Origin: an uncultured Candidatus Saccharibacteria bacterium
GTDB taxonomy: Bacteria; Patescibacteriota; Doudnabacteria; UBA920
DNA length: 64,000 nt
Assembly (NCBI GenBank): GCA_964648985.1
Contig: CAZYMS010000004.1
Location: forward strand, 2,793 to 66,792
Reading direction: 5' to 3'
The first letter of the stretch is position 1. Each line of letters begins with the position of its first letter. Position numbers and translations under genes: made by a program. Below the pieces are notes generated by a model. That model had not been told where the DNA came from. It saw only the letters and a program-made list of their open reading frames with translations, and did not search any database. Of this stretch, positions 19,900 through 28,030 are shown piece after piece.

Positions 19900-19936
19900 A
19901 AAAGCCGTCGCTATAGTTATCTGTGCGATGGCTTTT
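19900..19936. terminator. palindromic repeat family C; terminator
   Basis: aaaagccgtcgctatagttatctgtgcgatggctttt between convergent genes. Confidence 0.65.
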
Positions 19937-19952
19937 TAAGTGTCTCCGCAAA

Positions 19953-21137
19953 CTATATGTTGCGTAACCAGTTTCTCACTTTCCATCTAAAAGTATCCTG
20001 TTCAGCTAGCATGGTTTCAAGGCTATGTTTGCGTAGGATTTCAGAGACTTCAAATATCTTTAATTTTACCTCTGGGATTTCCTTGGTTATTGTAGCCAAT
20101 AGTACTGAATATCTATCGCCATTAGTCCGTTTAAATTGTGATTTAAAATTTTCAAATTGAGCAGCTCTTTCTTGACCAGTTTTTGTGATGTGTTTTACTA
20201 TTTTCTCAACTTCATCAGGCAACTGAGCTTCTATTGCCTGGATTTGCAATTCAATCTCAGGCCGTGCTTCAGCTGGCGCTCTTTTAATCTTTGCCCTCAA
20301 ACTTGCAATTTCGTCTGCATATTTAACTTGTAGCTGTCGAGCCTTGTCGCAAAGTAATTCTGTAAAATGAAGATACGTTTCCGCTGTAGATTCGGTGTTG
20401 GTAATGCAGGCATATTCCGCTACGGCATCCGAACCGCCTGCTTGTATGTGCTGTGCTTCCTCCACCCGTTCACTTAAACGACTAAATTCGCTCTGCGGCT
20501 TTAAGTCTTTGCCTAAACGTTCGAGTGCAACCACCCTGCCGTCGTGTTGCTTTTCTAGGCGCACCCAACCGTCGTCTGTTTTACAAACTACTTCATTTAT
20601 ATTATTCTGAGCGGCATCGCTATAGCCAAGCCCTATGGCAATAGGCTCCTCAAATTCTTGTTTGCCCCAATATACATCCGCTGCGGCAATGAGTTGATTG
20701 TTCTTGTGTATGCGACGAAAGCCATCCATCTTTTTGATTTGGTTTTTATCATAAACCAAGCCAACGGGGCCACCGGCTTGCATATCCCGTTTCACTGCGC
20801 TAGCATCTTCCCGCTTGGGCAGTACAGTTACATGCATGTCAGTAAAGGTTAACTCCCCATATACATGCTGTTCAACTTCTCGGCTTGCTTCGCTTTCCAG
20901 GAATAGTTTATCAGCTGATATTTTTACTCCCCAAGACTGCAAGTATTCTGCTCGCTTGGTAGCAATGTTATTGCCTGCGGTGGCAACTTCCTTTGTTACT
21001 TCCTGCCAGTGGGATTCGCCCAATCTATTGAGTTTGGTATAGTACGCATCGTTGGATGCCGACATGGCGAGCTGGCTTTGCTCCCTGCCCAAACTCGTTT
21101 CTGCCGGGCGTTGGCCTTCAATGTTTCTTTGGGTCAT
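19953..21137 (-). CDS. hypothetical protein with C-terminal coiled coil
   Basis: ~394-aa ORF (ATG 21137), no recognisable family. Confidence 0.75.
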   Translation of the reverse strand: MTQRNIEGQRPAETSLGREQSQLAMSASNDAYYTKLNRLGESHWQEVTKEVATAGNNIATKRAEYLQSWGVKISADKLFLESEASREVEQHVYGELTFTDMHVTVLPKREDASAVKRDMQAGGPVGLVYDKNQIKKMDGFRRIHKNNQLIAAADVYWGKQEFEEPIAIGLGYSDAAQNNINEVVCKTDDGWVRLEKQHDGRVVALERLGKDLKPQSEFSRLSERVEEAQHIQAGGSDAVAEYACITNTESTAETYLHFTELLCDKARQLQVKYADEIASLRAKIKRAPAEARPEIELQIQAIEAQLPDEVEKIVKHITKTGQERAAQFENFKSQFKRTNGDRYSVLLATITKEIPEVKLKIFEVSEILRKHSLETMLAEQDTFRWKVRNWLRNI

Positions 21138-21287
21138 ATATAATCTTTTAAGATAAGTATAATACAAACTGGCCTAAAACTCCCGCTTTGCCGTCGTGAT
21201 GGTCACCTTCGCGACCGCTTTTTATACCGAGGGTGAGTGGCTGGAGTTTAATTAGAATTTATTACTTAAATAAAACTAATTCGTTAC

Positions 21288-21355
21288 TTATCCACAATCA
21301 TATTCTTGCCTAACCTTTACAAAAAGTATAGGCTTATTGGGTAGTTCTTTGAAAA
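21288..21355 (+). promoter_or_regulatory. DnaA box, sigma70-like promoter and boxA-like motif
   Basis: TTATCCACA 21288-21296; TTGCCT-17 nt-TAGGCT 21306-21334; AGTTCTTTGAAAA 21343-21355. Confidence 0.5.
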
Positions 21356-21885
21356 TCAAGCTAGAATAATAACGGTCAATAATATTTCGAATTTTCTAGA
21401 TATCCGACAGTGATATCTCCCCTTCCAGTCTCGAACTACTTTTAAGACTGACAAGGTTCTCACACACCCGCACGCCCAATTCTCCGCGTTCAAAAGAGAA
21501 GTCCAAGAATGCCGCCCTGTAGTACCTGGGCGATTGGCGAATGGAGTGGTTGAAGTAGAGCAAGCGAGTAGTAAATTAGACATTCAACGTTCGCTTCGCT
21601 CGCGACTACTTAGTAGCTAACGGTTACTTTAGTTCTATACGGAAAGTTATATCGAAATTTTAACCGTTAGAAGCTTAAGTAGTTGTTTAGGTCGTAAATT
21701 TACAAATGTAGTTAATCCAACTCATAATTTATGGAACATCCAACTTCTCATCCTTTCAGTCTTAGCTTGAACTTTCCGTATTTATGGGCGGTTATACGTT
21801 ATGGAACGATTGTTGCGAATTATCCTGCTAATATTGCAGATTATTCGTTTGCTAATCGATATAATGTACTAGCCGCCCTTTAGTT
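21340..21885 (+). ncRNA. structured RNA upstream of RT (putative retron msr/msd-like)
   Basis: Long hairpins 21603-21685 and 21786-21878; long-range complements 21443-21456/21752-21764, 21637-21648/21770-21781 and 21356-21363/21763-21770. Confidence 0.7.
21731..21883 (+). CDS. putative 50-aa small protein embedded in the structured RNA
   Basis: MEHPTSHPFSLSLNFPYLWAVIRYGTIVANYPANIADYSFANRYNVLAAL*, ending 6 nt before the HTH start. Confidence 0.45.
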   Translation: MEHPTSHPFSLSLNFPYLWAVIRYGTIVANYPANIADYSFANRYNVLAAL

Positions 21886-21889
21886 ATTT

Positions 21890-22231
21890 ATGTACACTTT
21901 TCCAATATTATTAAAAAAAATAAGAGAAGAAAGCGGCCTGTCCCAGAAGCAATTGGCTGATGTTTTGGATGTATCTGAAATACTTGTCACTTTGATCGAA
22001 ACCGATAAGAAAGAGCCCTCTCGGAAGTTTATTAATAAGCTCGCTAGTAAACTAGAGGTAAGCCCTAGTTCTATAACTCCATTTATGATTGATGTTGCCG
22101 AAGAGAGTAATTTGTCTTTAATAGAAAGAAAATTATTCAATGTCGCATCAAAAATTCAAGAGTATTTGATATCAAAGAAGTCTCATAATTTAAATAAATA
22201 TATAAAAAATGGTTATGCTCCCGAAGATTAA
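21890..22231 (+). CDS. XRE/Cro-family HTH protein associated with the RT
   Basis: LKKIREESGLSQKQLADVLDVS...LIETDKKEPS; overlaps the RT start. Confidence 0.9.
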   Translation: MYTFPILLKKIREESGLSQKQLADVLDVSEILVTLIETDKKEPSRKFINKLASKLEVSPSSITPFMIDVAEESNLSLIERKLFNVASKIQEYLISKKSHNLNKYIKNGYAPED

Positions 22232-23189
22232 TATCCGAAGCATTGCCGAGCTATCCCGCCGTTTGTCTGACAAGTCGCTGCCTAGACAGAGGGCGCTGGC
22301 GCTCATTCAGGATGTCCTGGCCAATCAGTTCAGACTTTGGAAAGATTCAAAAGCATCAGATGCGTCTAAAAGAAAGTTTGTCCGCAATGCTAAGCGAACA
22401 AAGTTGGGTAACTTATTGCATCTCATTGACCATAAGGTTCTTGCTGTGCACGATAAAGAATTACCAGGATTTATATTTGGTGGGGTTACATCAAAAAGTC
22501 ATTTGGATGCCGCTTTTGCTTTAATGGGCAATAGTAGAAAAAGAACATTATTAGCTCTAGATATCAGTACTTTTTTTGAAAATGTTGATGCTGCAAGCGT
22601 TACCAACTTTTTTTGTAAAGCAGGGTGCTCTCTAAAGTTGGCTGAACAGTTGAGTAATGTCTGCTGCGTGCCAGAGGGTCCAAAAGATAATCCTAGTCCT
22701 TTCAGGACACTGGCTCGTGGTTTTGCAACTTCCACTCGTCTGGCGACTTGGGTCAATATAGGTACTTTTAAGAAGTTAGAGTTGCTAGTGAGAAATAGGC
22801 TCCGAAGATTTGACCCTAGAATCGCCATCTTTGTGGATGATATAGGTATTACCGCAAGTAATGTGCCAAAAGCAAAGATGGTGTCCTTAGGCCTAGAGAT
22901 ACAGAAGCTATTGGCAACTTTTGATAATAATCAACCTCTCCCCCTTAACGCTAAGAAGAGCAAAGTTCTTACATGGGAAGAGGGTATGGAACACTTGGGT
23001 GTTCGTCTTGGGAAAGGCGGTTTGTCCCCAGGCAGAAAATCTCAGATAAAATACGCAAAGCTTTTGAACGAGATAGGAAAAACTAACAATAACTTTCAAA
23101 GAAGGAAGTTATTGCAAAAGAAAAAGGGGCATACACGATATAGGCGGTTTATTAGGCAGAGTAATGTAGCGCGTACCACATCTGTATAA
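22209..23189 (+). CDS. retron-like reverse transcriptase with divergent motifs
   Basis: FIFGG...KS, LALDISTFFENV, LARGFATSTRLA, IFVDDIGIT catalytic motif, HLGV; 326 aa with no maturase or nuclease domain. Confidence 0.88.
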   Translation: MVMLPKINIRSIAELSRRLSDKSLPRQRALALIQDVLANQFRLWKDSKASDASKRKFVRNAKRTKLGNLLHLIDHKVLAVHDKELPGFIFGGVTSKSHLDAAFALMGNSRKRTLLALDISTFFENVDAASVTNFFCKAGCSLKLAEQLSNVCCVPEGPKDNPSPFRTLARGFATSTRLATWVNIGTFKKLELLVRNRLRRFDPRIAIFVDDIGITASNVPKAKMVSLGLEIQKLLATFDNNQPLPLNAKKSKVLTWEEGMEHLGVRLGKGGLSPGRKSQIKYAKLLNEIGKTNNNFQRRKLLQKKKGHTRYRRFIRQSNVARTTSV

Positions 23190-23234
23190 ATAAAAGCAAT
23201 GAATATATGCTGACTGTTTTTATTTATGCTTCTT

Positions 23235-24713
23235 TTAATTTCTTGGCTCTTGCAGTAATTTCAAAGCGCGAGAGCGGGATAAGTTAAAGGCTTGCCATCG
23301 ATTGTTTTCGGTTTCAAGTTTAGTTTGTTGACTTGCTAGCCAGCTTCGTAGTTGTTCTTTATTATCGCCATCGAGCTTATGGTAGAGCTCTACTTTTTGG
23401 GTGGTGGCGTCTGGAGAAAGACTTGCTATGTAGTAGGTATCTATTTTCCCAGTTTTGCTGTATCGTTTTAGATTTGAGTTGGCTATGTAAGCGTCGGGGT
23501 TTATGAGGTTCACTACTATTAAGAACGCTGTGCCGGTGAGGAGTGTACCAAAGGTAAAAAAGTTCTCCGGTTTGGTTTTTATGAACTTTATTGCAAGGAG
23601 TATGAACAGTGCAAGTAGGAAAATTACGAACACTGTTACGTAAAATCGTTGTTCTGTTAGGCTGTAGGCGTCTATATATAGTGAGAGGCGTTTGAAGGCG
23701 GAGATAATTACAACTATAACTTCGGTTATGAGTACTAAGGCAGGCACTAAGAAGTGCTTATTCTTTTTTTCTTCTGTACCCGCAAACTGTTCTGAGGCAA
23801 GTAGTACAAACAGCGAGAGTATAGCCACCATGAGTAGTTCCCAAAAACCTCGGCGGGCGTATTCGGCATAGGTAAAGCCCCAGGTGGTTATGTTGGCTTG
23901 GCCCCCAAAGAGGTAGGTAACTTGGAAGCCAATGAAGAGGAAAAAGAGAAGAGAGATGAGAGACAAGAAAACTAGCACTTCTATGCTGCGGTCAGAATTA
24001 ATGCTGGATTCCGGTCTTCCCGCACTCGAAGACTCGTTTGTGGAAACCGGAATGACAGGGGGGGAGAAGAATATATAGGATAGATAACAAAGTCCAGTCA
24101 CGAAAGCGAATGCGAGGAGCACAAGGTACTGTATGGAGCGTTCTGAAATATTTATATCTATAAAGTTGCTCAGAAATTGCGAAAAAGCTAGGTCTGCTTG
24201 GGAAAAGAGCGCACCGAATATTATTAAAATAGGTACGGCCATAACCACGCCTTTAAGTACGCGAATCCACACGTCTCGGTGTTGTACGTTGCTGTGAATT
24301 TGCCCGAGTTTAGAAACGGTAGAAAGACCTCTGCCCAACATGCGGAACGGTACGAGCATTGCAAGCAGGAAGTAGTCCCGTACTTTCATAAGAAAAACGG
24401 GAGTACCAATTAGTTGGTGGGCGAGCAGTATGAGCAAGCCAAAAGTTGCTACAACATTCAGTAAAGTTAAAAATTCATTTGCGCGAATGCCGGGCATGAG
24501 ACTAAAGAAAGCTATGAGCGCTACTAACCACCACGTTTGTTTGAGAGGTACTTTCTGGTAGTGCGCAAAGCCGAGTACAGTCCCGAGTAGGATAACCACG
24601 AACACAAAAACGGAAATACCAATAAGCTTGCTAAAGAATAAATAGTTAAAAACTAGGGCTAGGCCTAAACTTAGGAGAATAATGTAGAGCGCTTTTTTGA
24701 GAGTGGGATTCAT
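23235..24713 (-). CDS. DUF4153/DUF4173 membrane protein
   Basis: LFSQADLAF, TYAEYARRGFWEL, SAFKRLSLYIDAYSLT, NPDAYIA. Confidence 0.88.
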   Translation of the reverse strand: MNPTLKKALYIILLSLGLALVFNYLFFSKLIGISVFVFVVILLGTVLGFAHYQKVPLKQTWWLVALIAFFSLMPGIRANEFLTLLNVVATFGLLILLAHQLIGTPVFLMKVRDYFLLAMLVPFRMLGRGLSTVSKLGQIHSNVQHRDVWIRVLKGVVMAVPILIIFGALFSQADLAFSQFLSNFIDINISERSIQYLVLLAFAFVTGLCYLSYIFFSPPVIPVSTNESSSAGRPESSINSDRSIEVLVFLSLISLLFFLFIGFQVTYLFGGQANITTWGFTYAEYARRGFWELLMVAILSLFVLLASEQFAGTEEKKNKHFLVPALVLITEVIVVIISAFKRLSLYIDAYSLTEQRFYVTVFVIFLLALFILLAIKFIKTKPENFFTFGTLLTGTAFLIVVNLINPDAYIANSNLKRYSKTGKIDTYYIASLSPDATTQKVELYHKLDGDNKEQLRSWLASQQTKLETENNRWQAFNLSRSRALKLLQEPRN

Positions 24714-24742
24714 GGTATTCGTAGATTAATTCAATTGTCTTC

Positions 24743-24836
24743 GTCATTGCGAGGAGCGAGTCCTCGAGTGACGCGGCAATCCATATTATTCATGAGAAAG
24801 CGAGATTGCTTCGTCGCAAAGCCTTCTCGCAATGAC
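24743..24836. repeat. GTCATTGCGAG...CTCGCAATGAC palindromic element
   Basis: 11-bp terminal inverted repeats and internal gcaatc/gattgc stem; sits inside an operon. Confidence 0.8.
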
Positions 24837-24850
24837 AGAGGAGAATGAGA

Positions 24851-25051
24851 TCATTCTTTATATTCCAGAATATCGCCCGGTTGGCAGTCCAAAGCTTCGC
24901 ATATTGCCTCTAAGGTAGAGAAGCGGATGGCTTTGGCTTTGCCGTTTTTGAGTATGGAAATGTTGGCCATGGTAATGCCGACTTTCTCGGTGAGCTCGGT
25001 TACGCTCATTTTTCGTTTGGCTAACATAACGTCTAGGTTGATAATTATCAT
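24851..25051 (-). CDS. HTH transcriptional regulator (YozG/HTH_26-like)
   Basis: NLDVMLAKRKMSVTEL...GITMANISILKNGKAKAIRFSTL...CQPGDIL. Confidence 0.92.
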   Translation of the reverse strand: MIIINLDVMLAKRKMSVTELTEKVGITMANISILKNGKAKAIRFSTLEAICEALDCQPGDILEYKE

Positions 25052-25060
25052 AAATTTATA

Positions 25061-25222
25061 GGACTTCCGCGCTTCAATCTATTAAAGGATTAATATTGAT
25101 TTGAAGCCACAGGGGTTTGCCCAATTACTTCCTTATTTTACTGCGGTGGTTCTCACCGTAGTGTAACTACGCCTCCAACCATCCTCGCAAAATGCGTCGT
25201 ACTTGGCCAAACGCGGAAGTCC
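25061..25222. repeat. 162-bp MITE/REP-like element
   Basis: Terminal IR ggacttccgcg/cgcggaagtcc with nested internal stems. Confidence 0.7.
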
Positions 25223-25238
25223 CAGGTTAAGAAGTTGA

Positions 25239-25718
25239 TTAAACGGTTAAGTCGTTTTCGGATTTTAGGTCCACCGCTTTTTGTAATAGGTTTTCGAACA
25301 AGGCGGCGGCTGTAGCGGTTACGACGGTGGTAAAAATTAATATTAGTCCTATAGCAACGCCTCCGGCAATGTCATCCTCGGGTCTGGCTAAAACTAGGTA
25401 AGCTTCTGCACCCACTATAAAACCAATAAACGTGAGTGCGCAGTATTTTATAGTGCGGAACGCATTTACTGTTGCCTGGGAGAATGACTTATTTTGCCGT
25501 ACGTACCCGAGTATCTTGAAAGCCTTGTACAGTGCTACAAAGAAGCAGATAAATGCTACATATATGTATGCTAAAAACGGGTCTTTAAAGTACACTTCAA
25601 AGTTGGTAGCATGTGTATTTCTACCCTCTAAGTGAGGCTCCCATAAAAGAAGGGCAAGAGTGCCAATGCCAATTAGGATAGTTACAATTTGTAGAAATAT
25701 AGTTGAGCCTCGTTTCAT
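25239..25718 (-). CDS. DUF2975 membrane protein
   Basis: FSQATVNAFRTIKYCA...LLQKAVDLKSENDLTV. Confidence 0.9.
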   Translation of the reverse strand: MKRGSTIFLQIVTILIGIGTLALLLWEPHLEGRNTHATNFEVYFKDPFLAYIYVAFICFFVALYKAFKILGYVRQNKSFSQATVNAFRTIKYCALTFIGFIVGAEAYLVLARPEDDIAGGVAIGLILIFTTVVTATAAALFENLLQKAVDLKSENDLTV

Positions 25719-25830
25719 AAAATATGCTTGTTTATTGATACATATATAGTAGTCTACTATTTATCGTTTGTCAATATATGATTATTGATATGCAATTGAT
25801 TTGTTCATAAATGTAACCATTTTTTAAATC

Positions 25831-25865
25831 AAAAACCACCCAGAAAAAGTTCGTGGGTGGTTTTT
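25831..25865. terminator. family A-like hairpin
   Basis: aaaaaccaccc...gggtggttttt. Confidence 0.6.
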
Positions 25866-25884
25866 GGTGCTGTGCCTGCGGTAG

Positions 25885-26055
25885 CTAGTGAACAATACCG
25901 GCTAGGTGCAGGATCCAAACACACAGACTGAGCTCAACAAAGAAAAGGCCAAGGCCAACTGGGCTGCCCCAGGAAAACCATGAGCCCCAGGAGCGCCAGT
26001 TTGCCATGGGCCAGTTTTCTTCGTTGTGCTTCTTGTGTTGCTCGCTTATATCCAT
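25885..26055 (-). CDS. 56-aa Trp-rich small membrane protein (not in ORF track)
   Basis: MDISEQHKKHNEENWPMANWRSWGSWFSWGSPVGLGLFFVELSLCVWILHLAGIVH; followed by a terminator hairpin. Confidence 0.65.
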   Translation of the reverse strand: MDISEQHKKHNEENWPMANWRSWGSWFSWGSPVGLGLFFVELSLCVWILHLAGIVH

Positions 26056-26338
26056 ATAATAAGAGTCTTAATGTCGAATGTCGTCAGGTCTATCACGTCT
26101 CCAGGCATGATAGACTTTATAAACTTTCGACGTTTGACGTTTTTGTTCGACCTTTGGATAACCCAAAGGAATGGGCGGACGCGGCCTTTGTAAATCAGGG
26201 CTGGTGATTTGAGGTTTGTATAGCGCCACTTATACCGTGCGGCAATTATAGCAAATATCTGTCTTGCCGGATATAAGTGGGCAGGCATTTAGTTTTCTGC
26301 TACTATTTATACACACTAAACAGTAATTAAACATATAT

Positions 26339-26755
26339 ATGACAAGCAAACTAAATCCGTATCTACATTTTGATGGAAAAGCTAAGGAAGCAATGGAGTT
26401 TTATAAGGGCGCGTTTGGTGGTGAGCTTACCATGAGTACTTTTGCGCAGGGCATGCCTGGTGGTGACGTTGCAGATGCAGAGAAGATTATGCACGCGCAG
26501 CTTATTGTCCCAAACGGCATGACCCTTATGGCTTCGGATGCACCAAAGGGCTGGCCGCTTAACCCAGGTATGAGTGTTAGTATGTCTTTGAGCGGTGACG
26601 ACGAAGCAGAGCTAAAAGGTTATTGGGATAAATTGGCCGAAGGCGGAAAAATAACTCAGCCCCTTGTACCGGCTCCGTGGGGCGACCAGTTTGGTATGCT
26701 CACTGATAAATACGGTATGGAATGGATGGTTAACATTGCTGGCAAAAAAGCATAA
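26339..26755 (+). CDS. VOC/PhnB family protein
   Basis: LNPYLHFDGKAKEAMEFY...WGDQFGMLTDKYGMEWMVN. Confidence 0.92.
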   Translation: MTSKLNPYLHFDGKAKEAMEFYKGAFGGELTMSTFAQGMPGGDVADAEKIMHAQLIVPNGMTLMASDAPKGWPLNPGMSVSMSLSGDDEAELKGYWDKLAEGGKITQPLVPAPWGDQFGMLTDKYGMEWMVNIAGKKA

Positions 26756-26761
26756 TATACC

Positions 26762-26817
26762 AAAAAGAAAAAGGGCCACCCTTTGCGCAATGCAAAAGGT
26801 TGACCCTTTTTCTTTTT
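26762..26817. repeat. palindromic repeat family B; bidirectional terminator
   Basis: aagggccaccctttgcgcaatgcaaaaggttgaccctt with A/T tails. Confidence 0.75.
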
Positions 26818-26819
26818 AA

Positions 26820-27323
26820 TCAAGGAGTTAGCTTAGGGGTATTGAGTTCGTCTTCGGCAGCTCGTCCGAGTTCAAGCAGGTAGTCAATATCGGTAACACT
26901 TAAGCTGCGAGGCTTTATATCTTTAATGCAGAATACCCCAATGGGCAAGTGAGTAGTGCGGTTATGCAGGGCAATCCCGGCGTAAAAGCGAATGTGCGGC
27001 GCACCTACCACCATAGGGTTGTCTTTAAAGCGTTCATCTTTGAGTGTATCTTCCACAATAAATACAAATTTACTGTACATGGCGTGTCCGCAGAATGATA
27101 CGGTGCGGTCACAGGTGCGTTGTTCTAGCCCCTGGCATGATTTATATATTTCTTTATCCTGACCAATTAAGCTAATAGTAGAAATGGGGACATGAAAGAA
27201 ATCTACTGCTGCTTTGGTTAGGCGGTCGAACCGCTCTTCCGGACTTGCGAGGTCCAGTAACCCGAGGGCGTGGAGCGAGTCCAGCCGTTCTTGCTCTCCA
27301 GGCAAGATGGGTGCGAGTTGCAT
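26820..27323 (-). CDS. stand-alone GAF domain protein
   Basis: EQERLDSL...EERFDRLT...SFCGHA...DERFKDNPMV...IRFYAG...GVFCIKD. Confidence 0.9.
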   Translation of the reverse strand: MQLAPILPGEQERLDSLHALGLLDLASPEERFDRLTKAAVDFFHVPISTISLIGQDKEIYKSCQGLEQRTCDRTVSFCGHAMYSKFVFIVEDTLKDERFKDNPMVVGAPHIRFYAGIALHNRTTHLPIGVFCIKDIKPRSLSVTDIDYLLELGRAAEDELNTPKLTP

Positions 27324-27336
27324 AGCGTTTTGTCTC

Positions 27337-27804
27337 TTATTTAATTATTGTTTGAATGCCTAAGAAATATTGTACTTCTCCTAGTTCGTCTAAAATAGGT
27401 GATACTCGATTAATACATTCATAGTGCGTGCCATCTTTCTTTTTATTGGTGAGGCGTACTAGGGTTGCTTTTTTCTGAACGAGAATAGTTTGCCAAAAGT
27501 TTTCATAAAATTGATCGGGCATTTGTCCTCCCCAAATGGCGGGGGTTTTTCCGAGTACGTCTGTGAGCGTGTAGCCGGTGATGGCTTCAAGCTGTTCATT
27601 TGCGTATATAATATGACCCGCGGCCGAAGTAATATAGATGAGTGTATCTTTGCCGTCTAAAATAGAGTTGATAGTTCCGCATCGGGTACATTTAATTTCT
27701 ATGGTGGCAGTCTGCAGAGCATGCTTGCCGAGCAGCTTAGAGCAGCTGCGGCAACGTAGTTCGTAGTCTGAGGGGGTTGAGCCGGATGGTTCTTGTGGCA
27801 ACAT
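27337..27804 (-). CDS. Mu Com-like zinc ribbon fused to PAS domain
   Basis: LRCRSCSKLL...IEIKCTRC followed by IIYANEQLEAITGY...GKTP...NKKKDGT; ATG 27804 likely. Confidence 0.8.
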   Translation of the reverse strand: MLPQEPSGSTPSDYELRCRSCSKLLGKHALQTATIEIKCTRCGTINSILDGKDTLIYITSAAGHIIYANEQLEAITGYTLTDVLGKTPAIWGGQMPDQFYENFWQTILVQKKATLVRLTNKKKDGTHYECINRVSPILDELGEVQYFLGIQTIIK

Positions 27805-27975
27805 GGTTTGTATAAAAAGATGAGCCCAAAACAGACAAATGTGTTTTGAGCTTCTAAAGAGCTTCGTTTTATTATACATGTAGTGTATCACATTTTTTGC
27901 TCGTCTCGTATGTACGTGTATAAGTAGCGAAACAAATGCACGGATTATTCAGTGGCTGAGCGCATACGAGAGAAG

Positions 27976-28019
27976 AAAAAGGGTTACCCTTTTACGTTGC
28001 GCAAAGGGTGACCCTTTTT
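27976..28019. repeat. palindromic repeat family B (inverted relative to 26762)
   Basis: aagggttacccttttacgttgcgcaaagggtgaccctt. Confidence 0.75.
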
Positions 28020-28030
28020 GGTATATGCGG

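Noticed and set aside
21288-21296. Replication origin
   Set aside because: Single DnaA box with no cluster and no dnaA/dnaN nearby
21356-21583. 75-aa minus-strand ORF in the RT leader
   Set aside because: No protein-like features; the region is better explained as + strand structured RNA
22209-23189. RT as a DGR or group II intron
   Set aside because: No TR/VR pair with adenine-specific mismatches was seen, there is no avd-like gene, and there is no maturase/endonuclease domain or domain V hairpin
26046-26288. 80-aa minus-strand and 75-aa plus-strand ORFs
   Set aside because: No motif support; the region probably holds divergent promoters
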